Virus record (IMG/VR): IMGVR_UViG_3300005365_000003 | Coordinates: 10,730-74,729 of that record | DNA from: a virus | Taxonomy: Duplodnaviria; Caudoviricetes | Length of the DNA: 64,000 nucleotides | Direction: 5' to 3' (one strand) | In this document: piece by piece, positions 8,298 through 16,684 of the stretch | Position numbering within the stretch: the first letter of the stretch is position 1 | How the letters are laid out: each line of letters begins with the position of its first letter | The notes under the pieces: generated by a model | The model's database searches: none | The model's input: the letters and a program-made list of their open reading frames with translations, nothing else | What the model was told of the DNA's origin: nothing | Translations under genes and position numbers: made by a program

Positions 8298-9167
8298 TCA
8301 GGCAGTTTTGTTGATGATGATTATACAGGTTGCTATTGTCGTTCCGCTCTCTTTAAACGCTCCGGCTGGTACTTCCTCAATGTCTGCCCCTACTTTGTCT
8401 AGGAATCTTTTAAATGCAATCTCTTTTTTATTAGTTGAGTGCTGGAAATGTTTTGAGCAAATAGATACTAATTTTCCGCCCTTTTTTAGTCTGGCGTACA
8501 TTTCGGCAATGTGATCAATATCCTGATTCTTGCTGAATGGGGGATTTGCAACGATTCTATCAAAATGTATGTTTTTTACATTTGTAGATGTATGCGTCCC
8601 TTTTGTTATCTGATCCGCTAAAAAATCTTCTCCAAGTATTACACAGTCTTTAATTTTACTCAGAACATTTCTATTTATGTCCATCAGTTCAAAGGCGTGA
8701 ACGATTAAAGAGGGACATTTATCTAACAGGGCTTTAACTATTGCCCCCTGTCCGGCTGAGGGCTCTAGCACGGTCAAATCTCCGCTTGATATATCAGCCA
8801 ACGAAACCAAGTATTTTGCTAAGTCTGGCGGAGTGGCAAAGAATTGAAACTCTTTTTTAATATTAACGCTTTCCCCACCCATTAAACGATTAATATACGG
8901 TTCTGCATCGTTAGGGAATACGAAAGAGTTTTTCTTATAAGTTGCTCCGGCATTTAATAACGCTGCGCGAATGTCTTTGTAGTTGTCCAGCATTTCAGAT
9001 GGAAGCCATACGGTATTTCCTCCGTATGTACATTTAGATAATGATTCTTGAAAGGCGTTCATGTTTTCGCGTGGCTCTATTTGTTTAACTTGTACTGGTT
9101 GCACTTTTTCTTTTTTAGCTGGTTTTGTGCGATCCATGTGCTGATTGAATTGTTCTGTTAGGTTCAT
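8298..9167 (-). CDS. amino (N6-A/N4-C) DNA methyltransferase
   Basis: QFFATP, VLEPSAGQGAI (motif I), VANPPF (motif IV). Confidence 0.9.
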   Translation of the reverse strand: MNLTEQFNQHMDRTKPAKKEKVQPVQVKQIEPRENMNAFQESLSKCTYGGNTVWLPSEMLDNYKDIRAALLNAGATYKKNSFVFPNDAEPYINRLMGGESVNIKKEFQFFATPPDLAKYLVSLADISSGDLTVLEPSAGQGAIVKALLDKCPSLIVHAFELMDINRNVLSKIKDCVILGEDFLADQITKGTHTSTNVKNIHFDRIVANPPFSKNQDIDHIAEMYARLKKGGKLVSICSKHFQHSTNKKEIAFKRFLDKVGADIEEVPAGAFKESGTTIATCIIIINKTA

Positions 9168-9194
9168 AATTTTGAGTGTTAAAATTGTGGTTGT

Positions 9195-9932
9195 TTATTG
9201 AGAATCGCTCATTTCTTCTTTTGTCACATTGGCATCACTTGCCAAATATTCCTTATACTCATCTTCTCCAACTGTTCCCAGATAGTTACCTCCTCTAGTG
9301 CATATTCTAACAACTCCGGCATGATCTCCAAAACGCTCATCCTCTCTAATTTCAAAAACTTGGTTTAATTTTTCTTGATTCAATGATTTCATAGCTTCAA
9401 ATATTTCTCTTGGTTTAACCCCATCTGGACGATCAAAAGTTATTTTAACTTCTCTGTATTTTCCGGGAACTCCATTGTTATACACTCCGTCTTTCCATCC
9501 ATTGCCAATTGTTTCCCTTTCCCATTTAATAGAAAAATCCTTTTTAACTTTTCCGGTAAATTCATCTTGTTTTACTTCATTAATTCCCATAAGTGAATTA
9601 TACATCTTCTTTTGCTCTGAATTAAGCTTATCAACGCCTCCAATCATTGCAATAAACTTCGCTATCTGCTCAGGCTTGGAATAGATGGTTACGCCAGTCC
9701 ATTTAGTATGCCCTTTTTCATCCTGAAACATTACTCCTATATTGGAGTAAGTGGATTTCTTTACAGCATTCTTTCTTCCGTTCTTCGGATTGATTGTATA
9801 GCTGCAAAACCTGTCACCCTTTTTGGGCGTTGTTTCAATCCAATAGAATATTGAAGTTCTAAGTCTGAACCCATAAGGATAATCTTTTACCTCTAATGGG
9901 TTTGCTTCGGTGTAGTTGAGTAGTGGTTTCAT
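9195..9932 (-). CDS. conserved early phage hypothetical protein
   Basis: Start re-called to MKPLLNY; DYPYGFRLR...YWIE...NPKNG...KSTY family motif. Confidence 0.7.
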   Translation of the reverse strand: MKPLLNYTEANPLEVKDYPYGFRLRTSIFYWIETTPKKGDRFCSYTINPKNGRKNAVKKSTYSNIGVMFQDEKGHTKWTGVTIYSKPEQIAKFIAMIGGVDKLNSEQKKMYNSLMGINEVKQDEFTGKVKKDFSIKWERETIGNGWKDGVYNNGVPGKYREVKITFDRPDGVKPREIFEAMKSLNQEKLNQVFEIREDERFGDHAGVVRICTRGGNYLGTVGEDEYKEYLASDANVTKEEMSDSQ

Positions 9933-9968
9933 TTGTAGAGAGTTTAATTGGTTGTTGTATACATAGTT

Positions 9969-10008
9969 TAACGGAAGGGGGAGGGGAAAGGTTACGTTAT
10001 TGTAACAA
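9969..10008 (-). promoter_or_regulatory. ECF-sigma-like promoter with palindrome, copy 1
   Basis: Minus strand TTGTTACAATAACGTAACCTTT; GTAAC-N17-CGTTA; near-identical architecture at 10731-10770. Confidence 0.55.
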
Positions 10009-10014
10009 TTATTT

Positions 10015-10398
10015 TTATTTATTATATTGGCTTGATTTTGTAGGGTAAAAAGTGTAAGAATTATAACCGTTATTTTTTTCATCAGCTAATCCATTTTTTC
10101 TTAATTCCTGATAAACCTCTGAGGTGATAGAAGAATAGCTTTTTTCAACGGTTGGTGAAAATGTCATAGTTTCATATTTACCGTCTTCAAGTTGGAAAAC
10201 AACCCTTTCGTTTGTATTGCCATAAAGATTAGCTTCCCATTGCCAGTAAATGATTCTCTCCTCTCTGTTATTTGTTTCCGGATATTTTGGTTTATCAAAT
10301 AAATAATCTTCGCATTTAGATTCATGCGCTCCTCCGGTTTGAATAAGGAAATTATATAGTTTTTGAGCCAGCGGAGTTAATACTGTTTCTGTTTTCAT
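10015..10398 (-). CDS. hypothetical protein
   Basis: Start re-called to MKTETV (leader ends CTCTACAAAATG like its neighbours). Confidence 0.65.
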   Translation of the reverse strand: MKTETVLTPLAQKLYNFLIQTGGAHESKCEDYLFDKPKYPETNNREERIIYWQWEANLYGNTNERVVFQLEDGKYETMTFSPTVEKSYSSITSEVYQELRKNGLADEKNNGYNSYTFYPTKSSQYNK

Positions 10399-10426
10399 TT
10401 TGTAGAGATTAGATGATAAATTTTTA

Positions 10427-10696
10427 TTATATTTTTGTGAATTTTGAAAATCCAATATATTTTACGTGAGTTACTTTTTCCTCCTCCTTTAAATGATAGA
10501 AATTACCCCTATCAACAAATACAATTTTACCACTATTGAGTTTTATTTCAGCTCCTGTGTGTGCTGAAATATAAAACCCGCTTACTTCTGATCCATCAGC
10601 ATGGAATAAATGATACTTACTTCCATCTAATGAAGTGTATAAGTGAGTAGTTAATCCTGTTTCGGTATCTGTGTATGTTCTTTTTGTTTTTGTCAT
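10427..10696 (-). CDS. hypothetical protein
   Basis: 89-aa ORF downstream of ECF-like promoter copy 2. Confidence 0.6.
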   Translation of the reverse strand: MTKTKRTYTDTETGLTTHLYTSLDGSKYHLFHADGSEVSGFYISAHTGAEIKLNSGKIVFVDRGNFYHLKEEEKVTHVKYIGFSKFTKI

Positions 10697-10730
10697 TGGC
10701 GTAGAGAGTTATTGTTTATATATACCACTA

Positions 10731-10770
10731 TAACGATAAGACTTTGATAAAGGTTACAATAATGTAACAA
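10731..10770 (-). promoter_or_regulatory. ECF-sigma-like promoter with palindrome, copy 2
   Basis: Minus strand TTGTTACATTATTGTAACCTTT; TGTAAC-N17-CGTTA. Confidence 0.55.
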
Positions 10771-10822
10771 ATAATTTCATTTGTTTAATATTATAAAGAT
10801 TTACAAGCATTTAAAGTAAAAT

Positions 10823-11026
10823 TTATTCCGGGGCGCACCAAATGATATGCTTTAATTTGCACTTATATCCTAGTTTGCTTAAAATTTGCTCTTGTTTATA
10901 TTCGTTAAGTTGTCCTTGTTTGTACCTGTGCCTCCACTGCCTGAAAGTATTATATTCAATATCATCATCAAAATCTTTCCGCTTCATCTCAGCAAAGCAG
11001 TGTGTTATGGCTTCGTTTGTTGTCAT
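10823..11026 (-). CDS. small hypothetical protein, possible helical DNA-binding domain
   Basis: Start re-called to MTTNEAI; TATCTTTG at 11047-11054 upstream; RQWRHRYKQG...ILSKLGY. Confidence 0.6.
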   Translation of the reverse strand: MTTNEAITHCFAEMKRKDFDDDIEYNTFRQWRHRYKQGQLNEYKQEQILSKLGYKCKLKHIIWCAPE

Positions 11027-11046
11027 AGTTATGTAACTTAATGTTA

Positions 11047-11054
11047 CAAAGATA
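11047..11054 (-). promoter_or_regulatory. Bacteroidota sigma-70 -7 element
   Basis: TATCTTTG on minus strand. Confidence 0.55.
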
Positions 11055-11227
11055 TTAAAATGTAGTCCACTTGATATATACGCAAATAATTTATTTATGT
11101 TACACCATATCAGAATAATTAATATCTTTGTCACATGAAACAGTTTCTAAGGCTTTACCTCCGCGTGTTCTCCCTAAAATAATAGGTGCAGTCCTCGCAG
11201 GGTAAGGCTATGCGGTAAAAAGATAAA

Positions 11228-11407
11228 ATGACATTAGGAATAGATAAGCTAACTAATGATGAATTACTAAAGGTAGTTATTGCGTGTGCTGAAATGGCGC
11301 AAACATCCATTGCGCAAGTAGCAGAAAAACTTGAAAAAAAAGATTTAGAACGGTTAGTAAATACTATAGTAAGACACAAAGAGCTTTGGAGCTCAAAACC
11401 AAAGTAA
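11228..11407 (+). CDS. hypothetical protein (59 aa, not in ORF track)
   Basis: MTLGIDKLTNDELLKVVIACAEMAQ...; AAAATG start context. Confidence 0.5.
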   Translation: MTLGIDKLTNDELLKVVIACAEMAQTSIAQVAEKLEKKDLERLVNTIVRHKELWSSKPK

Positions 11408-11433
11408 ACACACGCCCACTTATATTTTAATAA

Positions 11434-11655
11434 ATGCCAAACAAACCTTACTTAATAAGATTTAATTCCAGGGAAATAGCTGGTAAATTTTACATGTCTG
11501 ATGGAAGAGAGATAAACACAGGCATTTATGAGAAATATATTAATCATATTTGTGATTTAACGCTAGAAGAGCAAGATATTTTATTTGAGGAGTATATAGA
11601 AAATGAAGAGCGTATTAACAGGATCACTGAAAACATATTTAATCTATTAAAATGA
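11434..11655 (+). CDS. hypothetical protein
   Basis: 73-aa ORF, A-rich start. Confidence 0.55.
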   Translation: MPNKPYLIRFNSREIAGKFYMSDGREINTGIYEKYINHICDLTLEEQDILFEEYIENEERINRITENIFNLLK

Positions 11656-11873
11656 GCGAAAGATCCGACAAAGCCGACCTATTAGCCCAAAACATTAAGT
11701 CCACTTGCAGCAAATTACAGCAAGAAATGGAAGACAAGCCTTATATAAGGCCAGGTAAAGGCGAAACAAAGATTTGGAGTAATTTAGCTGATTTAAAGGA
11801 TTTGTTACCTGAAAACAAAAAGACAGGATATGCGCACTTTACTGAAGAAGATGACGGATTCTATGATTTATAG
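11652..11873 (+). CDS. hypothetical protein
   Basis: ATGA-coupled 73-aa ORF. Confidence 0.55.
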   Translation: MSERSDKADLLAQNIKSTCSKLQQEMEDKPYIRPGKGETKIWSNLADLKDLLPENKKTGYAHFTEEDDGFYDL

Positions 11874-12149
11874 CTAAACCACAGCAAACACACGTCCGCG
11901 ACACAAATAATTTAACTGCCAACCAAAACACGAAGCCCATTTGACACCAAAACCAAAGACTAAAAAGGCAGCCAAACGCAAATCAAAGGTTTGGTACAGA
12001 GTCAAACAACTAAGAGCATTACTCAAATACATGGGTAAATAGGCTTTATACTCAACACATAGGCAGAATAGCCTCCAACCATTAGACGTAAAACGAGATA
12101 AAACATAGAGAATAAGCATTAAATGCAATTGTATAGACGTTAAAGTTGC

Positions 12150-12157
12150 TATATTTG
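12150..12157 (+). promoter_or_regulatory. Bacteroidota sigma-70 -7 element
   Basis: TATATTTG ending 4 nt before ATG 12162. Confidence 0.6.
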
Positions 12158-12161
12158 CGCA

Positions 12162-12365
12162 ATGACAACACGAAAAGGCTATCTATTTAAGAAAGGCGAT
12201 AAAGTATTGCCATTAGTATATCTATCACTTAAAGCCATTTGCCAGGAATATGGACTAAACTATTACAGCGCAGTAAGAGGTAAGCGGACATTTCCTATGA
12301 GGGGCGAGATAATGGAGGTTGTGATACACGGATATGGTAAGCGCGGCAAATCATTTGGCAGATAA
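12162..12365 (+). CDS. small basic protein, possible DNA binding
   Basis: YLSLKAICQEYGLNYYS HTH-like segment. Confidence 0.55.
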   Translation: MTTRKGYLFKKGDKVLPLVYLSLKAICQEYGLNYYSAVRGKRTFPMRGEIMEVVIHGYGKRGKSFGR

Positions 12366-12397
12366 ATACGTACCTGTCAGTCCACTTGGATCCAAAA

Positions 12398-12733
12398 TTA
12401 AATACCCTTCTTAGTAACACCAAACGCATTACTAACAGGAACAGCAGGCATTAACAGCAAGTCTTCCAAAGTATATCCGAAAGACAGGGCAAGCTTAGAC
12501 AATATAGAAATTCCACAGAATTTAGTCTTTCCGTTGCAAATGTTATAGGCGAACGTACAGGAGCATCCAGCACGTTTTGCAATGAATGGATAACTTAGAC
12601 CCTTTTCATCCTTTAAACGCTTTATATGATTGCCTATCAGGCTAATTATAGCCATATTACTTCGCTCTATCAATTCCTCCGTGAAAGGGAGATGGGAGTA
12701 GGATCCGGAGGCAGGGATGCGGTAATTCCTCAT
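12398..12733 (-). CDS. XRE-family helix-turn-helix regulator
   Basis: IKRLKDEKGLSYPFIAKRAGCS...YNICNGK...LSKLALSFG; TACCTTTG at 12741-12748 supports start 12733. Confidence 0.85.
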   Translation of the reverse strand: MRNYRIPASGSYSHLPFTEELIERSNMAIISLIGNHIKRLKDEKGLSYPFIAKRAGCSCTFAYNICNGKTKFCGISILSKLALSFGYTLEDLLLMPAVPVSNAFGVTKKGI

Positions 12734-13006
12734 AACAAAGCAAAGGTACAAAGTTTTTTATTCAACAAAACATAATTTTTCTCGTTATTTAGTCAAAACA
12801 TGGCTCCACGGCCAGCACTAACAGATCCTAATTAGCTTAACAAATAAATTTGTTCTATAATTTACATTATATTAAATTGTTTAACTATTTGCGTAGGAAT
12901 TAATCACTTACAAAGCACGCTTTCTATTACAACTCATTACAAAGCTAATACGACACTTTCCCTTTGAGTGGAATAACAGTACGTTAGTAAAATTATAATT
13001 GATTAA

Positions 13007-13190
13007 ACGCGAATTGTGAGAAGATTATTTTCGCGTATTCCTGACTAAAATCTCTCATATCTGCCAGACTTGAAAAACTACTTTCAGTTTTGATGCCACC
13101 CGGTCGAAATTTTCGCGTTTTCCTTTGGCGCGCATACCCCATTCGCTATAGGCGTTATCCCCACCCATCCCCCGCACGATCCACTTATAT
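13007..13190. other. GC-rich non-coding signal region, candidate terminus/packaging site
   Basis: ATTTTCGCGT direct repeat (13027, 13109), ACGCGAA/TTCGCGT inverted repeat, C-rich tract; no ORF. Confidence 0.35.
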
Positions 13191-13490
13191 CTAACTCATT
13201 TCCGCCACCCACTTTCCAACCAGCTCGTCTATCTTCTCCACGCTAAACGGGTGTATTCCGAGTGACTGTCCGCAGCAACCTACTGTGCAGTGGCAAATAT
13301 AAAGCCCCATGCTGTTATACGGATCGGGATTGATTAGTACACCTATCTCTGCTGTAAGATTTGACTTACCGACAGGTGTTTTTATGAATTTGCTGTAATA
13401 TACACCACCTGACTGTTTGACAAACATGGGTCTGAAGCTCCATAGGATAGTTTCTGGTTTATACCCTGCTTGTTTTAACTGTTTTATCAT
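13191..13490 (-). CDS. hypothetical protein
   Basis: Last gene of the coupled - strand cluster. Confidence 0.6.
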   Translation of the reverse strand: MIKQLKQAGYKPETILWSFRPMFVKQSGGVYYSKFIKTPVGKSNLTAEIGVLINPDPYNSMGLYICHCTVGCCGQSLGIHPFSVEKIDELVGKWVAEMS

Positions 13491-13879
13491 TTAAAGATTT
13501 TATCATCAATCAGTTGGCTGTAAGCTTTCATAATAACTTCGCTTTTTGACAGAATCACGGTGTAGATGTCTTCTCCCAGGTATCTGACTTGATGAAAGGT
13601 AACTTTAATATCAGTGTTGTTGTCATCTATTGACTCGATTATGGCTTTAAGATGTGATATAGAGAATGGTTGCTTTTTTGGAACAAGTGGACTCATGGGC
13701 AGTTTCTTCTCTTCAAACCACTGAGGATTATTCTCTACAAGATTAGATGAATAGCTTTTAAATGGGTTATCTTCATGAAAATAATATCTGCCATTATCTT
13801 CATCTAATTTTTTTAGTTCAGCTCCAGCTTTAATATCCGGCAGGTCTTTCTTGAGGATGTAGGTCTTTGGCTGTGTCAT
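13487..13879 (-). CDS. hypothetical phage protein
   Basis: YILKKDLP..KAG...VENNPQWFEE motif; ATGA coupling. Confidence 0.7.
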   Translation of the reverse strand: MTQPKTYILKKDLPDIKAGAELKKLDEDNGRYYFHEDNPFKSYSSNLVENNPQWFEEKKLPMSPLVPKKQPFSISHLKAIIESIDDNNTDIKVTFHQVRYLGEDIYTVILSKSEVIMKAYSQLIDDKIFK

Positions 13880-14181
13880 TGGCTTGATGCTGTAATAGGT
13901 TTGTTAAAGTCTGTTTTTAAGTTTGTTGGAATATCGCAATCTTTCAGTCTGTCATTTACAATAGGCTTCACATCCCTCACATTCACCCCATCCGTCATAT
14001 CCTGGCAGGCGTTGAGATCGCAAGAATTGTAATGTCGGATCCGACCCTCAGCTTCAAGTATTATTGTGAATATGTAATTATCATGCGCAAATGGCTCTAC
14101 GCACAGCACTCTTCCGCGTCCATGCGGAGTGTTGACCCATAGCTTTAGTTCGGAGGGGAGGAATGAGATGGCGGAACTCAT
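13876..14181 (-). CDS. hypothetical protein (SH3-like beta fold possible)
   Basis: LWVNTPHGRGRVL; ATGA coupling. Confidence 0.6.
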   Translation of the reverse strand: MSSAISFLPSELKLWVNTPHGRGRVLCVEPFAHDNYIFTIILEAEGRIRHYNSCDLNACQDMTDGVNVRDVKPIVNDRLKDCDIPTNLKTDFNKPITASSQ

Positions 14182-14321
14182 GGATTTAGTTTTTTAATAA
14201 GTCTGTCAATAACAATATAGGCCATGTGTTCACACGAGGTTTTGTCGTGTTCTCCGAAATAGGATCTGATTAGTTTAAGATCCTTTATCTCCTGTGGAGT
14301 TATTTCAATTGTTATTTTCAT
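14178..14321 (-). CDS. hypothetical protein (47 aa, not in ORF track)
   Basis: MKITIEITPQEIKDLKLIRSYFGEHDKTSCEHMAYIVIDRLIKKLNP; ATGA coupling. Confidence 0.55.
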   Translation of the reverse strand: MKITIEITPQEIKDLKLIRSYFGEHDKTSCEHMAYIVIDRLIKKLNP

Positions 14322-14493
14322 GCCCTTTAAATTAAGTCAACACCAAACAATCTTAGCCTTACAGAGTATGTTAATATGATTTTACCGGAAAGACCGTTAC
14401 GCCTTGAGAATAAGCAATTGTCGGCTTTTCTTATACTGATCCAGTTTTTAATATATGTATTATCGCGCATTAAATCGCAGTGTTTTGCTGGTT

Positions 14494-14730
14494 TCATTTT
14501 GCTTTCCTGCCTTTTTCAATAAACTCCATAACTATCCTTGATCTTAGGTCAAGGAGTTGCCGATTGGAGGAGTAGTTTATGTTTGTTATATTGGTTTCGG
14601 ATTCGGCAAGTGGACGTGAGGATGCTGATGCAATGGATCTAGTTTCATCATACTTGCACTTACATGGATGCCTGTAGCATTTATCACAAAAGCCGATGTA
14701 TTTGTTGTTATTATTGCTACTTTGAATCAT
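14494..14730 (-). CDS. small Cys-rich protein
   Basis: FCDKCYRHPCKC motif. Confidence 0.55.
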   Translation of the reverse strand: MIQSSNNNNKYIGFCDKCYRHPCKCKYDETRSIASASSRPLAESETNITNINYSSNRQLLDLRSRIVMEFIEKGRKAK

Positions 14731-14737
14731 TATAAAA

Positions 14738-15268
14738 TTATTTTACATACCAACTGCCACTACAATTTCTGCTTACTGCATAATCTTTATTGCATTCACA
14801 GCAATGATAACTATATGTACCTGTGGCACAATTAGGATTTGTATTGTTTCCATTCTGGTCATAAACTGGTGGATAGTAAGATAGTGTTACGATGCCTCCA
14901 CCTAAAAATCTTCTTGTAGTTGCTTCTTTGCAGAAAGGGCATATAGGGATATTGTTAGCGTATGTTACAGTATCATCATCATTATTACCATGAACTAGCG
15001 TAACATATTTTGAAACAATAAAAGGATACAACCAATATGTAGGATTTTTTTCAAAATCATATTCTGCAAGTCTATGTCTAAATATCATATTGTCTGTGTA
15101 GGAGCCTGATTCTTTAGACGTATTTGCGTAAATTATGTGTGTATCTTCTTCCGGAACATATATTCTCGAAATTTCACATGAATCTAAAAAATAAGTTTCG
15201 TAATTTTTAATAAACTGAGCGTGAGCAGATAATTGAAATAAGCAAAAAATAAATAATAATTTTTTCAT
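14738..15268 (-). CDS. exported protein with Cys pairs
   Basis: Signal peptide MKKLLFIFCLFQLSAHA|Q; CPFC and CCEC. Confidence 0.7.
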   Translation of the reverse strand: MKKLLFIFCLFQLSAHAQFIKNYETYFLDSCEISRIYVPEEDTHIIYANTSKESGSYTDNMIFRHRLAEYDFEKNPTYWLYPFIVSKYVTLVHGNNDDDTVTYANNIPICPFCKEATTRRFLGGGIVTLSYYPPVYDQNGNNTNPNCATGTYSYHCCECNKDYAVSRNCSGSWYVK

Positions 15269-15513
15269 ATTTTTTTTAATCCAAAAATGAAATCAGTATG
15301 TATTTCAGGTATTTTATCATGTACAATTTGTGCAATATAACATGCCGAAAGAAAAGTATTAAGACCAGGAATAAATATTACAATTACTGCACACAGTCCA
15401 GGCTTATCATATTTCCAAAGTCCTGTTTCGTATTCTTTTTTAACATCTAAATATCCACCTATTAAAGATAATAAATAGATGCTCCAACAAATAAATACGT
15501 GTTTATTTTTCAT
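15265..15513 (-). CDS. small membrane protein
   Basis: Two hydrophobic segments, FIPGLN. Confidence 0.6.
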   Translation of the reverse strand: MKNKHVFICWSIYLLSLIGGYLDVKKEYETGLWKYDKPGLCAVIVIFIPGLNTFLSACYIAQIVHDKIPEIHTDFIFGLKKI

Positions 15514-15521
15514 GATTACTT

Positions 15522-15815
15522 TTATATGTTGGGATTTTGACTTACCATCTCCATCTGTTCCTCACTATACCAGGATCCATATTTTTGAAGCGAGTATCTG
15601 TGGACACCTTGAGTAGTTGTCATTCCGCATACAATATCAACCTTGCCAACAAGTTTTGATTGCAAGTCAAACCACCACATATTCTCATCTTCGGCTATTA
15701 ATGGGAGCTTCATCTTCGGTTCGCCCGAATGTTTATTTTGCCAAATAGGATGACCATATTTAACAATCTTAATCTTATCTCCTATACCGTATAGTGGTGG
15801 TTGTTCGCTGCTCAT
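15522..15815 (-). CDS. hypothetical protein (KOW/SH3-like)
   Basis: YGIGDKIKIVKYG...AWY-like SWYSEEQME. Confidence 0.6.
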   Translation of the reverse strand: MSSEQPPLYGIGDKIKIVKYGHPIWQNKHSGEPKMKLPLIAEDENMWWFDLQSKLVGKVDIVCGMTTTQGVHRYSLQKYGSWYSEEQMEMVSQNPNI

Positions 15816-16291
15816 TTTGTATTTTCTTCTTTGTATTTGGCGTAGAGTTGTTCTGTAGTTAATAAATAAATACCTGTACTTCCTCCACTACCAGCAGGAG
15901 GGTGAGCAGTAATCTTATCTGTTGGACTTAATTTGCCTATCCACTCCGCAAACCCCACCGCCTCCTCTTTCGCCTGTTGCTGCTTTTTGGCGAGGAGAGT
16001 AACACCTATTTCTTTTAAATCATTTATCCCTTTCTCGTAAGAATCCAAATCATACAATAGATACTCTCTGGGGTCCAAAAAATTAATCAAATATCTACCA
16101 CTCGGCAACTCCTCCCCCGCTACTTCCGCCAGCTTGTCGGCGTGGTAGGCTTTGTTTTCTGATTGAACGTATCTCGTTAATTTATTAATTGCCAGTATCC
16201 TGTCAAAGCCTTCTGCTTTAAATTTAAAATCTGTGCATTCATCTAAAATTTCCAATAATTCTTTTTCTATTTCTTCAAAGGTTTTTTTCAT
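15812..16291 (-). CDS. hypothetical protein
   Basis: 159 aa; AVGFAEW...TTEQLYAKYKEE C-terminal motif. Confidence 0.65.
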   Translation of the reverse strand: MKKTFEEIEKELLEILDECTDFKFKAEGFDRILAINKLTRYVQSENKAYHADKLAEVAGEELPSGRYLINFLDPREYLLYDLDSYEKGINDLKEIGVTLLAKKQQQAKEEAVGFAEWIGKLSPTDKITAHPPAGSGGSTGIYLLTTEQLYAKYKEENTK

Positions 16292-16306
16292 TGAGGTTTC
16301 TGATTA

Positions 16307-16684
16307 TTATGTTAATTGCAATATTTTTTTGAGTTCAATAGCAGCGGTAATAAATTGTGACTTAAAACTTTCCCAATTAATTCTAGTGACTGTATATGCT
16401 TCTCGTTTAGTATATTCAGATACGATAAACAAACCATATCCTGTCGCTTCTAATTTTTCAGGATACTTTTCTTCATATGTAGGAATTTGTATCTGAATAG
16501 CCCTTCGTTCTTCACCTTGTTTTGTTCTTAAAAAAATCGCCAAGCGATACGGTTCTATTATTGAACACCATGCATCCAATCCATAAGGTTTTAAATCAAA
16601 ATTATTACACATAGCAAGCTGTTCAATAGGCACTTCATTTAACATCATGTTTCCGCTCAATATTTCTTCCGGCTTCTTTTTCAT
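16307..16684 (-). CDS. hypothetical protein
   Basis: Start re-called to MKKKPEEI, overlapping methyltransferase stop. Confidence 0.6.
   Translation of the reverse strand: MKKKPEEILSGNMMLNEVPIEQLAMCNNFDLKPYGLDAWCSIIEPYRLAIFLRTKQGEERRAIQIQIPTYEEKYPEKLEATGYGLFIVSEYTKREAYTVTRINWESFKSQFITAAIELKKILQLT

Noticed and set aside
9933-11134. Long upstream extensions given by the ORF track for 9195-10082, 10015-10455 and 10823-11134
   Set aside because: Extensions run through promoter elements and low-complexity leaders; shorter starts fit better
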